Origin: Clostridia bacterium | Lineage (GTDB): Bacteria; Bacillota; Clostridia; UMGS1883 | Reading direction: 5' to 3' | DNA: 51,787 nucleotides | Assembly: GCA_045615265.1 (NCBI GenBank) | Contig: JAZLEL010000067.1 | Coordinates: forward strand, 1-51,787 | Shown here: positions 29,453 to 38,453 of the stretch, one piece after another | Layout of the letters: the number at the start of each line of letters is the position of its first letter | Numbering within the stretch: position 1 is the stretch's first letter | Program-made: the position numbers and the translations under genes | Notes under the pieces: model-generated | The model's input: only the letters and a program-made list of their open reading frames with translations | What the model was told of the DNA's origin: nothing | Database searches by the model: none

Positions 29453-30331
29453 TTAAACCCTGAGATGTCTTTTTAAGGACAATCCGCTGCCTGTTGCACC
29501 CATAAGAATTCCGAACCCTGCCATGCTTAACGCAAGAGGAAGGATGCATTTCTGAAGCGGAACAAAGTCAAACAGGTTAATTAAAGATGCAATCGAGCTA
29601 ATTGCAGCATTATATCCAAGTGAAATTATTACGAACGATACAATAAATCCTAAAGCCCCTATCATAATGCCTTCTATAACAAAAGGCATTCTTATGAAAT
29701 GGTCAGTCGCACCAACAAATTTCATAATATGTATTTCTTTTTCACGTGCATAAACACTAAGCTTTATTGTATTTTGGATAATGAAAACTGCAATAATCAA
29801 AAGCACCAGCATTGCAACAGCACTTCCCTGCTTAACGGCAGAGGTAAATCTTAGAACATCGTCAACTATTTCCTGATGGTTTTCTACTTCGGCAATACCG
29901 TCAACATTAGTCAAAAGCTGTATGGTTTCATCAGATTTTCTGATGTCCTTAAGTGTAATTTTAATTGAACTACGAAGGAAATTTTTCCCTTCCAATCCTT
30001 CGAGAACATCGGAATCTGCACCGAGTTCTTCTTTAAAGTTATTAAATGCCTGATCCTTAGTTTCAAGCTGAGCATCTTCCACATTCTGAAGCGTTAAAAC
30101 TTTGTTATAAATTGATTGCTGTTTTTGCTCGTCAGCCTCAATATCTATACGCGCAACAAGCTCGCACTGGGCTTCAATCTGTCTGCTTATGCTACTCATA
30201 TTCATGGTAAAAAGCAAAAATACGCCAAACAGGAAAAGGCAACACGTTACTGTTATAAAGGAAGCAACCGTCATTATACCGTTTCTTACAAACGAGCTTG
30301 ACGCATTTTTAAGATAGTATTTAAACGCCAA
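29453..30331 (-). CDS. ftsX: cell division permease-like protein FtsX
   Basis: (M)AFKYYLKNASSSFVRNGIMTVASF is the typical FtsX start. It has an extracellular domain and three C-terminal TM helices. The candidate TTG start at 30331 overlaps the ftsE stop by 11 nt, and the exact start is uncertain. Confidence 0.85.
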   Translation of the reverse strand: MAFKYYLKNASSSFVRNGIMTVASFITVTCCLFLFGVFLLFTMNMSSISRQIEAQCELVARIDIEADEQKQQSIYNKVLTLQNVEDAQLETKDQAFNNFKEELGADSDVLEGLEGKNFLRSSIKITLKDIRKSDETIQLLTNVDGIAEVENHQEIVDDVLRFTSAVKQGSAVAMLVLLIIAVFIIQNTIKLSVYAREKEIHIMKFVGATDHFIRMPFVIEGIMIGALGFIVSFVIISLGYNAAISSIASLINLFDFVPLQKCILPLALSMAGFGILMGATGSGLSLKRHLRV

Positions 30332-31007
30332 GATTGTACACCCCTTTTTCTTCGTCACGCACAATACTGCCGTTTTCAAGCTGTATTACACGCTTCTGCA
30401 TATCATTTACAATTTTTTCTGAGTGAGTAACCATCACTATCGTAGTACCCATCTTATTGATTTCATCAAACAGTTTCATAACCTCATTTGATGTTTCAAC
30501 ATCTAAATTTCCGGTAGGCTCATCAGCAATAATGAGAGAGGGACTATTGACAAGTGCCCTTGCTATACTTACACGCTGTTGTTCTCCGCCGGAAATTTCA
30601 TTAGGATAATTTCTGGCACGTTCCGAAAGACCTACCAATTCAAGAATTTTAGGAACTTTTCTTTTTATTTCTTTCTTCTTTTTACCTATAATCTCCATTG
30701 CAAAGGCAACATTTTCATAAACTGTTTTGTTAGGAAGAAGTCTGAAATCCTGGAACACTACGCCCTGAGCACGCCTGAGATAAGGAATTTTCGAGCGTTT
30801 TAATGAATTTACGATAATTCCGTCAATTACTACATCACCCTTGGTAGGCTTTACTTCACCTGTTAAAAGCTTTATTGCGGAGCTTTTTCCCGCACCTGTC
30901 TTACCAACCAAGAACACAAATTCACCATCGTTTATAGAAAAAGACACATCGTCAAGTCCTACAATATTCTTATCATATATGACAGTAACATTTTTAAATT
31001 CTATCAT
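30321..31007 (-). CDS. ftsE: cell division ATP-binding protein FtsE
   Basis: Walker A is GKTGAGKSS, the ABC signature is ISGGEQQRVSIARAL and Walker B is LIIADEPTGNLD. Length is 228 aa. Confidence 0.93.
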   Translation of the reverse strand: MIEFKNVTVIYDKNIVGLDDVSFSINDGEFVFLVGKTGAGKSSAIKLLTGEVKPTKGDVVIDGIIVNSLKRSKIPYLRRAQGVVFQDFRLLPNKTVYENVAFAMEIIGKKKKEIKRKVPKILELVGLSERARNYPNEISGGEQQRVSIARALVNSPSLIIADEPTGNLDVETSNEVMKLFDEINKMGTTIVMVTHSEKIVNDMQKRVIQLENGSIVRDEEKGVYNLGV

Positions 31008-31022
31008 AAAACCATCCTTTCG

Positions 31023-32111
31023 TCATATACGCATTGGTTTGGAAACAAGATATTTCTTAACCATTAATGCTACCTTAAACACAATTGCATGGTCAAAAAT
31101 TCTAAGATCAAGACCTGTTATTTTTCTAACCTTATCAAGTCTGTAAACCAAAGTATTTCTATGAACATAGAGCTGACGTGAAGTTTCTGAAACATTGAGG
31201 TTGTTTTCAAAGAACTTCTGAATTGTATATAAGGTTTCCTGATCGAGGGAATCAATTGAATCCTTTTTAAATACTTCCGAAAGGAAAAGCTCGCAAAGAG
31301 TTGTAGGAAGCTGATAAATAAGACGGGCAATTCCAAGATTGTCATAATTCATAATGAACTTTTCTCCATCAAATACCTTTCCAACCTCAAGCGCAATACG
31401 TGCCTCTTTGTAGCTTTTTGCAACATCTTTTATATTTGAAGCAACAGTACCTATTCCTATACGGATATTGACCATTGCCTCACTTGTAACGGTGTTTGCA
31501 ATCTCGCTTGCTATCTTTTCCAGTTCATCGGCAGAAATGCCCATTTTTACTTCTTTTACAATCGCAATCATATTATTATCAAGGTCAATAACAAAATCCT
31601 TGCCGTTGTCGGGGAATATACCGCTTATTATGTCGTAGACATCCACTCCCCTGATATCGTCATACTGCAAAGCAAAAATAGCACGGTCAACGTCAACTGA
31701 AAGATGAAGCTCTTTGCTCCTTAAGAAAACATCACCAGGCAGAATACTGTCAGCAAGCATATTTTTTATAAAATTAGCCTTGTCATATTTATCATTATGC
31801 ATCTGGCGTATTTCTCCGATGTATGATGAAAGCATTTCTATATGCTTATTTACCGATTCGTCCTCGCTGTTTATAAAAGTTATATAGTCTACCCTACCTC
31901 TTGAACTTACGGCATAAAATGTGTATCCGGGCATTTTTATAAGCTTTTCCTTGCTTTCAGAGCACATCTCTAAAACCTTAGAAACATTTTTCTCCAAATC
32001 GTCAAGACGCTCCGAGGAAATAATAGTTCCGCTTGCTTCAATCAGACCTGTTTCATATCCCAGTATTTTGCTTGTTTTTACAAAAATATTATTGAGGTAC
32101 TTATTTATCAT
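31023..32111 (-). CDS. PucR/CdaR-family transcriptional regulator
   Basis: The C-terminal PucR-type HTH is LYTIQKFFENNLNVSETSRQLYVHRNTLVYRLDKVRKITGLDLR. Start reassigned to ATG 32111 (M50 of the ORF), preceded by AGGAGTGG. Confidence 0.75.
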   Translation of the reverse strand: MINKYLNNIFVKTSKILGYETGLIEASGTIISSERLDDLEKNVSKVLEMCSESKEKLIKMPGYTFYAVSSRGRVDYITFINSEDESVNKHIEMLSSYIGEIRQMHNDKYDKANFIKNMLADSILPGDVFLRSKELHLSVDVDRAIFALQYDDIRGVDVYDIISGIFPDNGKDFVIDLDNNMIAIVKEVKMGISADELEKIASEIANTVTSEAMVNIRIGIGTVASNIKDVAKSYKEARIALEVGKVFDGEKFIMNYDNLGIARLIYQLPTTLCELFLSEVFKKDSIDSLDQETLYTIQKFFENNLNVSETSRQLYVHRNTLVYRLDKVRKITGLDLRIFDHAIVFKVALMVKKYLVSKPMRI

Positions 32112-32296
32112 TTTATCCACTCCTGAAAAGTTAATGACATAACTATACATATATATATTACCACTTTCTCCCCTCAATTTCAACAGTTTTTTGCTATTCT
32201 TTACAAATTTGTTACAGATTTCATTTGTGTTCATAAGCAGAAAAACACTTTGCAGCATAAAATAATATTGAAAATATTTTGGAAAGGACTATTACT

Positions 32297-32545
32297 ATGC
32301 TTGCAACTGTTGCTTCTTCTACTTCGGCTAACAGAATAAAGCGCCGACTGTATGAATTCGGGATTAATTCCTCCGTCATTCAGACACCCCAATCTATTAC
32401 AAAAGATGGTTGCGGTTACAGTCTGCGTTTTGACGATATCTCTAAAAAAATTGTTGAAAAAACTTCTCATGAGCTAGGTATTAAAATACGTGCTTTTTAT
32501 TCAGAAGAAACCGAGGACGGTAAAAAAATTTATTTAAAGCTGTAA
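32297..32545 (+). CDS. DUF3343 domain protein (putative Se/S carrier-like small protein)
   Basis: MLATVASSTSANRIKRRLYEFGINSSVIQTPQSITKDGCGYSLRF matches my memory of DUF3343 (small beta-alpha protein with a conserved C-G). It lies 10 nt upstream of a cysteine desulfurase gene. Confidence 0.65.
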   Translation: MLATVASSTSANRIKRRLYEFGINSSVIQTPQSITKDGCGYSLRFDDISKKIVEKTSHELGIKIRAFYSEETEDGKKIYLKL

Positions 32546-32555
32546 GAGGTGGATA

Positions 32556-33668
32556 ATGATATATCTTGATAATGCCGCAACCACATTTCCAAAGCCTGCC
32601 TGTGTTGTTGATGCCGTAACCGATTTTATGATAAACCGTGGGGGAAATCCGGGACGAGGAGGCCATAAGCTTTCTGAGGCGAGTGCTGAAAAAATCTTGG
32701 AATGTCGAGAAGAGCTTGCCTCTTTGATAGGCGTAGACTCGCCGCAACAATTTATCTTTACAAAAAACACAACTGAGGCACTTAATCTGGCAATAAAGGG
32801 AACTGTAAAGAGCGGAGATGAAATAATAATTTCTTCAATGGAGCACAACAGTGTTCTGAGAAGCAGTATTGCCTTAGAAAAAAAGGGCGTAACTGTAAAA
32901 ATTTTAAAGGCAGATAGTAGTGGCTATATAAATCCTGACGATGTTCTCCCTCTTATTACCCAAAAGACAAAATTAATATGTATTATACACGCATCAAATG
33001 TTGTAGGAACTGTAAATCCAGTCCGTGAAATTTGCACCATTGCAAGAAGGTACGGCATACTGACACTTATGGACGCTGCACAAAGCGGAGGGGTTCTTAA
33101 TATAGATTCTACGTGTGCAGATATGATTGCATTCGCAGGACACAAGGGACTCTACGGACCTTTTGGAACAGGAGTACTTTACCTCAGGGAGGGGCTTACA
33201 CTTGACACCTTAATTGAGGGAGGTACGGGAAGCATGTCTGAAAGTGCACTTATGCCCGATATTCTCCCCGACCGCTTTGAAGCAGGAACACTCAATGCTT
33301 GCGGAATTGCAGGTTTATGCGAAGGAATTAAATTTGTGAAGCGTGAGGGCGTAATGGAAAAAGAGCGTGAATTATCCAAAATATTAGTCGAGAAAATATC
33401 TGCGATAAAAGGAGTAAAGGTATTAGGAAAGCCCGAAATAGGAGTTTTAGGAGTTTCTGTAAAATCTCACGACTGTGTGGATGTTGCCGCAAGACTTGAC
33501 AGCGAATATTCTATTGCTACCCGTGCAGGACTGCACTGCTCTCCTATGGCACACCGTACTTTGGGTACAATTACAAGTGGATTACTCCGTTTTTCCGTAG
33601 GATATTTTAACACGGAAAAAGAAATATCTGACGCAGCATCTGCACTTGAGAAAATAATTCAAAATTAA
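32556..33668 (+). CDS. class V aminotransferase, cysteine desulfurase family
   Basis: MIYLDNAATTFPKP is the typical start. The PLP-lysine region is AFAGHKGLYGPFGTGVLY. ATRAGLHCSPMAH carries the active-site Cys loop. Confidence 0.88.
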   Translation: MIYLDNAATTFPKPACVVDAVTDFMINRGGNPGRGGHKLSEASAEKILECREELASLIGVDSPQQFIFTKNTTEALNLAIKGTVKSGDEIIISSMEHNSVLRSSIALEKKGVTVKILKADSSGYINPDDVLPLITQKTKLICIIHASNVVGTVNPVREICTIARRYGILTLMDAAQSGGVLNIDSTCADMIAFAGHKGLYGPFGTGVLYLREGLTLDTLIEGGTGSMSESALMPDILPDRFEAGTLNACGIAGLCEGIKFVKREGVMEKERELSKILVEKISAIKGVKVLGKPEIGVLGVSVKSHDCVDVAARLDSEYSIATRAGLHCSPMAHRTLGTITSGLLRFSVGYFNTEKEISDAASALEKIIQN

Positions 33669-33761
33669 AATTATGTTACAACATTAAAAAAGTCTTTTTT
33701 TACAAGGTGATTTATTGTATAATTATAGTAGATATTTATACAATAAAGGTGGTTGAGGCTA

Positions 33762-34610
33762 TTGTTTGAAACATTGTGGGCTAATCTTCCTGCGTCCATT
33801 CTTTCCTTACGACTAGCAGATATTTTAGATATAGCTATTGTTGCCTATATTTTCTATATGTTGTCTACTTTTGTACGAGAAACCAGAGCAGGTACATTAA
33901 TAAAAGGTATTATACTTTTGCTTATTTTCACATGGATAAGTAATTTACTTCAGCTAAACACCATCAATTACCTGTTGCGTAATCTTATGCAGTTTGCTTT
34001 TATGGCATTTATTGTTATATTCCAGCCGGAGCTTAGGAGAGCTCTTGAAAGAGTTGGAAGAACAAATTTTTCATCACTTTTTTCGCAAGAGGGTAACAAT
34101 ACTGCTGAAACGATAGCATCGGAGATTGCCGCCGCCGCAGTTGCAATGTCAAGCAGACGTATAGGCGCACTGATTGTACTGGAAAGAAACACAAAAATAG
34201 GTGACATTGTCCGCACAGGATGCGAAATCGACTCAGATATTTCAAGTGAGCTTCTTATCAATATATTTATTCCCAACACACCTTTGCACGATGGTGCAGT
34301 AATTATCAGAAACAACCGAATTGCTGCTGCAAGGTGTATACTCCCCCTCACTCAGAATGAAACTTTAAGCAGAGAATTCGGCACCAGACATCGTGCTGCT
34401 CTTGGTCTTTCGGAGGGTTCTGATGCCGCAGTAATTGTTGTAAGCGAGGAAACAGGAAAAATCAGCTTCACCCTTAACGGTAATATGAGTCGTAATTATA
34501 CTGAGGATACACTTAAAAAGGTAATTATAAAAGTACTCTCCCCCGACTCAGCAAATAACCCCAACAATACATTGGCAAGATGGAAGGAGAGGTTGAAATG
34601 GAAAAAATAG
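33762..34610 (+). CDS. cdaA: diadenylate cyclase CdaA (DisA_N domain, three N-terminal TM helices)
   Basis: The DAC motifs are GALIVLERN, PLHDGAVII and GTRHRAALGLSEGSDAAVIVVSEETG. The start is uncertain: TTG 33762 (9 nt after AAAGGTGG) or TTG 33753. Confidence 0.9.
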   Translation: MFETLWANLPASILSLRLADILDIAIVAYIFYMLSTFVRETRAGTLIKGIILLLIFTWISNLLQLNTINYLLRNLMQFAFMAFIVIFQPELRRALERVGRTNFSSLFSQEGNNTAETIASEIAAAAVAMSSRRIGALIVLERNTKIGDIVRTGCEIDSDISSELLINIFIPNTPLHDGAVIIRNNRIAAARCILPLTQNETLSREFGTRHRAALGLSEGSDAAVIVVSEETGKISFTLNGNMSRNYTEDTLKKVIIKVLSPDSANNPNNTLARWKERLKWKK

Positions 34611-35518
34611 TACGTGATAAGCTTGCCGTTAAAATCGTCTGTGTTGCTTTGGCAGCAATCCTCTGGCTTTATGTATCCTATCAGGAAAACCCGACAATGA
34701 CAAAAACGGTAAGAAATGTTCCACTCGCAATTTCGGGCGAGCAGGCACTTAAGGAAAGCGGCTTTTCAGTTTATTCTATATCCGAAAAAAGTGTTGACGT
34801 AAAAGCAACTGCCAAAAGACTTAGTCTTTCAAAACTTTCTAACAGAACACTGTCCGCAGTAATCAATGTTTCTTCGATAAAAGAAAGCGGCACCTACGTT
34901 TTGCCCGCAACTATAAGTTCTGCTATAAACTCCAACGCAACCTACTACGTAAGGGGTAAAGATATTGAAGTAGTGATTGAGCCAATTAAGAAAGATACAT
35001 ACACAGTTGAAGCTGATATTGTATCGCCTACCGACACCTCTGTTATTCTTAAATCATATGAATTAAGTAAAAAAGAAGTAACTGTTTCAGCGCCCGAAAG
35101 CGTTTTGAAAGAAATCGGCAGTGTAAAGACAGAACAAATTATCACAGATAAAAATGAAAAAGAAAGTATAGCGAAACTGGTTGTCTACGGTAAAAACGGA
35201 AAGATACTTGAAGGTGCACAATGTACTCCTGCGGAGGTTAAGGTCACATATTATTTCCACACGGTAAAGACTGTACCTGTTGTACTTAGGGCAACAAATG
35301 GTAAAACATTCTCCCTCTCATCTGAAAACACTGTTAAAATTTACGGCAGCGGAGATTTGTTTGATAAGATAACGCAGGTTGAAACGGAAGAAGTAAATCT
35401 TGCTTTATACGAAAAGAATGCAAAAATACGAGTTAAATTAAATCTTCCGGACGGAATTATGATTACCGAAAACTCAAACGAAGTAGAAATAGTTTTAGAC
35501 AGAGAATTCTTTGAATAA
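34598..35518 (+). CDS. cdaR: CdaR (YbbR-like domain-containing regulator of CdaA)
   Basis: It has an N-terminal TM helix followed by repeated YbbR beta-domains. It overlaps the cdaA 3' end by 13 nt. AAGGAGAGG lies upstream of ATG 34598. Confidence 0.85.
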   Translation: MEKIVRDKLAVKIVCVALAAILWLYVSYQENPTMTKTVRNVPLAISGEQALKESGFSVYSISEKSVDVKATAKRLSLSKLSNRTLSAVINVSSIKESGTYVLPATISSAINSNATYYVRGKDIEVVIEPIKKDTYTVEADIVSPTDTSVILKSYELSKKEVTVSAPESVLKEIGSVKTEQIITDKNEKESIAKLVVYGKNGKILEGAQCTPAEVKVTYYFHTVKTVPVVLRATNGKTFSLSSENTVKIYGSGDLFDKITQVETEEVNLALYEKNAKIRVKLNLPDGIMITENSNEVEIVLDREFFE

Positions 35519-35550
35519 TGTTCTTTCTGTAAAAGTGTATTGTTATAAGT

Positions 35551-35590
35551 AAAGAGAGCTTCACATATAGATGTGAAGCTCTCTTTATCT
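35551..35590 (+). terminator. rho-independent terminator after cdaR
   Basis: AAAGAGAGCTTCACAT-atag-ATGTGAAGCTCTCTTT, a 16-bp perfect stem whose 3' arm ends in TTT. Confidence 0.7.
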
Positions 35591-35602
35591 CTCTGCTAAA
35601 AA

Positions 35603-35653
35603 GCAAAAACTAATGCGGCAGACTAAGCTGCCGCACCAATTCCATTTAATTTT
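35603..35653. repeat. 51-bp direct repeat, copy A; it contains the minus-strand terminator hairpin of the EamA gene
   Basis: gcaaaaactaatgcggcagActaagctgccgcaccaattccatttAatttt matches 41006-41056 at 49/51 positions. The hairpin GCGGCAG...CTGCCGC (35615-35634) is followed on the minus strand by a T-run. Confidence 0.9.
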
Positions 35654-35673
35654 GTCTAAAACTATCATGTCAA

Positions 35674-36561
35674 TTAAAAAGAATTTCCCATTTCCTTACA
35701 TCTGCTAAGCAAGAGCACCGCACCTAAAATTAATACTATTCCGCAAACAGACGCAATAGTGAGCGGTTCAGAAAATAGCACCACGCTAAAAATTGTAGCA
35801 GACATTGGCTCTATTATTCCAAGTGCCGACGCTGTGCCAACCTCTAAATTTTTTAATGATACAGTGTATAAAAAATAAGGGAGTATTCCTGTGCATATTC
35901 CTATACCAAGAATCAAAGATAATGAACAGAGAGGATTTGCATTTATTATTTGTGGTAACCCCATTGGTTCACACGATAAAAATGCAGCTATTCCCGCAAA
36001 AAGGAAGCAATAAAAAGTAGCTGACATTGGGTTGCTTCCATTTCTCATCTGAATTTTAGTAAATATATTATATGCAGTATAGCACACACCTGCCAAAAAG
36101 CTTGCTATTATTCCCCAAGCATTAAATCTAAGTCCGCCTATAATTCCCGAAACAAGACAACATCCTGTAAGCATCGCCGCAACAGAAATTACTTTTGCAC
36201 GCGACAGCTTTTCTCCAAAAAATATAACTGAATAAATCATCACAAGCACAGGTGAAGAATACATAAGCACAACCGCCGTTGATACAGATGATGCAAGCAT
36301 ACCTGTGTAATAAAAACTTGCTGTTCCGAAAAACGAAAGACCGCTGAGTGCAAAAAGCAAAAGTTCTTTTTTTGTCACCTTAAACAAGCTTTTATCCTTT
36401 AAAGCCATATATACAGCCATTGATATAGATGCAACAGCTGAACGAAAAAATGTCATTTGCAAAGACGAAAATCCCATAGGAGACATAAAATGCACAAATA
36501 TGCTTGATGTTCCCCATAAAACGCCTGCAATTACTATTAAGATGAATGCCTTTTTTTTCAT
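35674..36561 (-). CDS. EamA/DMT-superfamily transporter (10 TM)
   Basis: It is 295 aa with two EamA repeats (ILIVIAGVLWGTSSIF..., second half ASFLAGVCYTAYNIF...). It is the last gene of the cassette operon. Confidence 0.85.
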   Translation of the reverse strand: MKKKAFILIVIAGVLWGTSSIFVHFMSPMGFSSLQMTFFRSAVASISMAVYMALKDKSLFKVTKKELLLFALSGLSFFGTASFYYTGMLASSVSTAVVLMYSSPVLVMIYSVIFFGEKLSRAKVISVAAMLTGCCLVSGIIGGLRFNAWGIIASFLAGVCYTAYNIFTKIQMRNGSNPMSATFYCFLFAGIAAFLSCEPMGLPQIINANPLCSLSLILGIGICTGILPYFLYTVSLKNLEVGTASALGIIEPMSATIFSVVLFSEPLTIASVCGIVLILGAVLLLSRCKEMGNSF

Positions 36562-36603
36562 ATATATAATCTGTCCTTATAAATTTTCTCAGTATAATAT
36601 CCT

Positions 36604-37491
36604 TTATCTGGATAACATCTGTGCCGCCTCTAAGCATGCCTTATCTTCTTTAATTGCTCTTATTGCTTTTAGCACACGTTCTGCATCAAGCTTTATCATT
36701 GCCTGACCAAATCGTTCATTACATCCGTGAGGTGCATATCCTGAGTACGCGTTCGGATAATTTCCTGTTCTTACCGAGCGTACGCCTTTACTGAAGAGAT
36801 AATCTGCCTTGTGAGTTGAAAGACCGCTTAATGCATCATATCTGTCGGGAGCTATTAAATCCTTATGCCTTACCATAAGCTGAGCATTTTCCACAAAGTT
36901 TGCATGTCCTCCACCGAAGCCATAACCTGCGAATTGCCAGTCTTCCAATGTTTTTATATCTTCATCCGTTATCATCGGGAATTCTTCTCTTCTTGTTAAA
37001 ATATTATTTAGGAATTTGGCAGGGTCAACTGCTTCAACATTATCGTCGGTAGTGTAATAAAATGTTGCATAAGCCTTTTTCTTTTCTGCCTGCCTTCTTA
37101 TGAACTGAGGAAGTAGCCAAGCGTTACCGCCGTGTGAAGAAACCAACATAATCTTATTAAATCCGTTTCTTGCAATCTCATCACAAAGCTCTTCCAACAA
37201 TCTGAAAAGTGTTAATGTGCTTAGTCCTATTCCTCCGTGACCGTTTGAAGGATTTCTTTCTCCTGAATGATAACCTGAAACATCGCCCACCCAATGAGGC
37301 GTGGGGAATATCATAAAATCTTCTGTTTTAGCCGCCTCTTCAAGTATCGTTCTTGCTATGTATAAATCACAACCTGTCGGCTGATGCTGACCATGTTTTT
37401 CTAAGCACCCGAGCGGAACAACGCAAACTCCGTCAGATAGCTTGATTGCATCTTTAAATTCTTCTTCTCTCAATCTTTCCCAAAACAACAT
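36604..37491 (-). CDS. creatininase-family amidohydrolase, metal-binding motifs intact
   Basis: PLGCLEKHGQHQPTGCD fits E-x-H-G-x-H-x5-D. VSSHGGN fits x-H-G-G-N, and GGGHANFVEN is also present. These match the family hallmarks as I remember them. Confidence 0.78.
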   Translation of the reverse strand: MLFWERLREEEFKDAIKLSDGVCVVPLGCLEKHGQHQPTGCDLYIARTILEEAAKTEDFMIFPTPHWVGDVSGYHSGERNPSNGHGGIGLSTLTLFRLLEELCDEIARNGFNKIMLVSSHGGNAWLLPQFIRRQAEKKKAYATFYYTTDDNVEAVDPAKFLNNILTRREEFPMITDEDIKTLEDWQFAGYGFGGGHANFVENAQLMVRHKDLIAPDRYDALSGLSTHKADYLFSKGVRSVRTGNYPNAYSGYAPHGCNERFGQAMIKLDAERVLKAIRAIKEDKACLEAAQMLSR

Positions 37492-37510
37492 GATTTAATT
37501 TCCCCTTTCA

Positions 37511-38419
37511 TTAATATCTCGCATCGTTTACAACGCATCTTTCGTCTTCTTTAATCATTTTAAAGACATCTGCCAAGAATTCAGCATTAATTTTGAGGTA
37601 TGCTTCTCCAATGCTCTTTGTACAGCCATAAGGAGGAAAACCGCAGCAACCGTTGGGATATTCAATATTTTGGATATTTGCATATGTAACGAGTGCATCT
37701 CTTAATTTATCAGCAGCATGTGTACATTCATAATTTTCTGCTTCATATTTATCTTCTCTAACAAGCTTCTTATTTTCAGCCATAACGAGTGCCGTATCAC
37801 AGAATGTCACATCTTTATCAAAGGCCTGGTAAATAGTATTTCCTTTTTTGCCGTATCCTGTTTTTGCCCACTTTTCAAGAGTTTTTATATCCTCATCTGT
37901 AATGCCAGGGAACTCATCTTTTCTTCTCAAAATTTCTTTTAATACATTTTCAGGCTTTGATATTTCCTGATTTACTGCACTTACCAAAAGCGTTGCATAT
38001 GGTTTTCTCTGGTAACTCATATATCTCATAAACGTTCCTAAGAAAAGAGAGTCCTGAGGTTCTTTATAAACAATCATTATTTTTCTAAAGCCGTTTCTTC
38101 CGATTTCATCACAGAGGTCACATAAAAGTGTGAGCTGTAAATCCTGACTAAGCTGAATTGCACCTCTCCTTGTAGGCTCTCCATTTTTATCATTTACGCA
38201 AGGAGCAGATGTTTCACCTAAAATTGAACCTGTAGGGAAAATTACCACATCTTCAATTTTCGCCGCTTCTTTTACTATAGAATCAACTATCATTCCGTCT
38301 GCACCAACAGGAAGATATTGTCCTTTTTTGTCCATAGCACTGAATGGTACTACACAAAGTCCTGAAAAATCCGATATTGCTATAGGAAACTGTTCCTCTC
38401 TCATTTCTTCCCAATACAT
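37511..38419 (-). CDS. creatininase-family paralog with degenerate active-site motifs (probable non-catalytic subunit)
   Basis: It is clearly homologous to the downstream gene (MYWEEMREEQF vs MLFWERLREEEF; EFPGITDEDIKTLEKW vs EFPMITDEDIKTLEDW). The motifs, however, read FSAMDKKGQYLPVGAD and IVYKEPQD. Confidence 0.75.
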   Translation of the reverse strand: MYWEEMREEQFPIAISDFSGLCVVPFSAMDKKGQYLPVGADGMIVDSIVKEAAKIEDVVIFPTGSILGETSAPCVNDKNGEPTRRGAIQLSQDLQLTLLCDLCDEIGRNGFRKIMIVYKEPQDSLFLGTFMRYMSYQRKPYATLLVSAVNQEISKPENVLKEILRRKDEFPGITDEDIKTLEKWAKTGYGKKGNTIYQAFDKDVTFCDTALVMAENKKLVREDKYEAENYECTHAADKLRDALVTYANIQNIEYPNGCCGFPPYGCTKSIGEAYLKINAEFLADVFKMIKEDERCVVNDARY

Positions 38420-38453
38420 AAAAAATCCTCCAATTAAATTATTTTTCTTTATT

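Noticed and set aside
36604-38419. The creatininase-fold genes as the mycofactocin peptidase MftE, i.e. a RiPP maturation cluster with the smORF as precursor
   Set aside because: There are no radical-SAM (MftC), MftB chaperone, glycosyltransferase or MftA-like C-terminal Gly-Val-Tyr precursor features. The smORF peptide ends in FRGE. A RiPP reading is unsupported.
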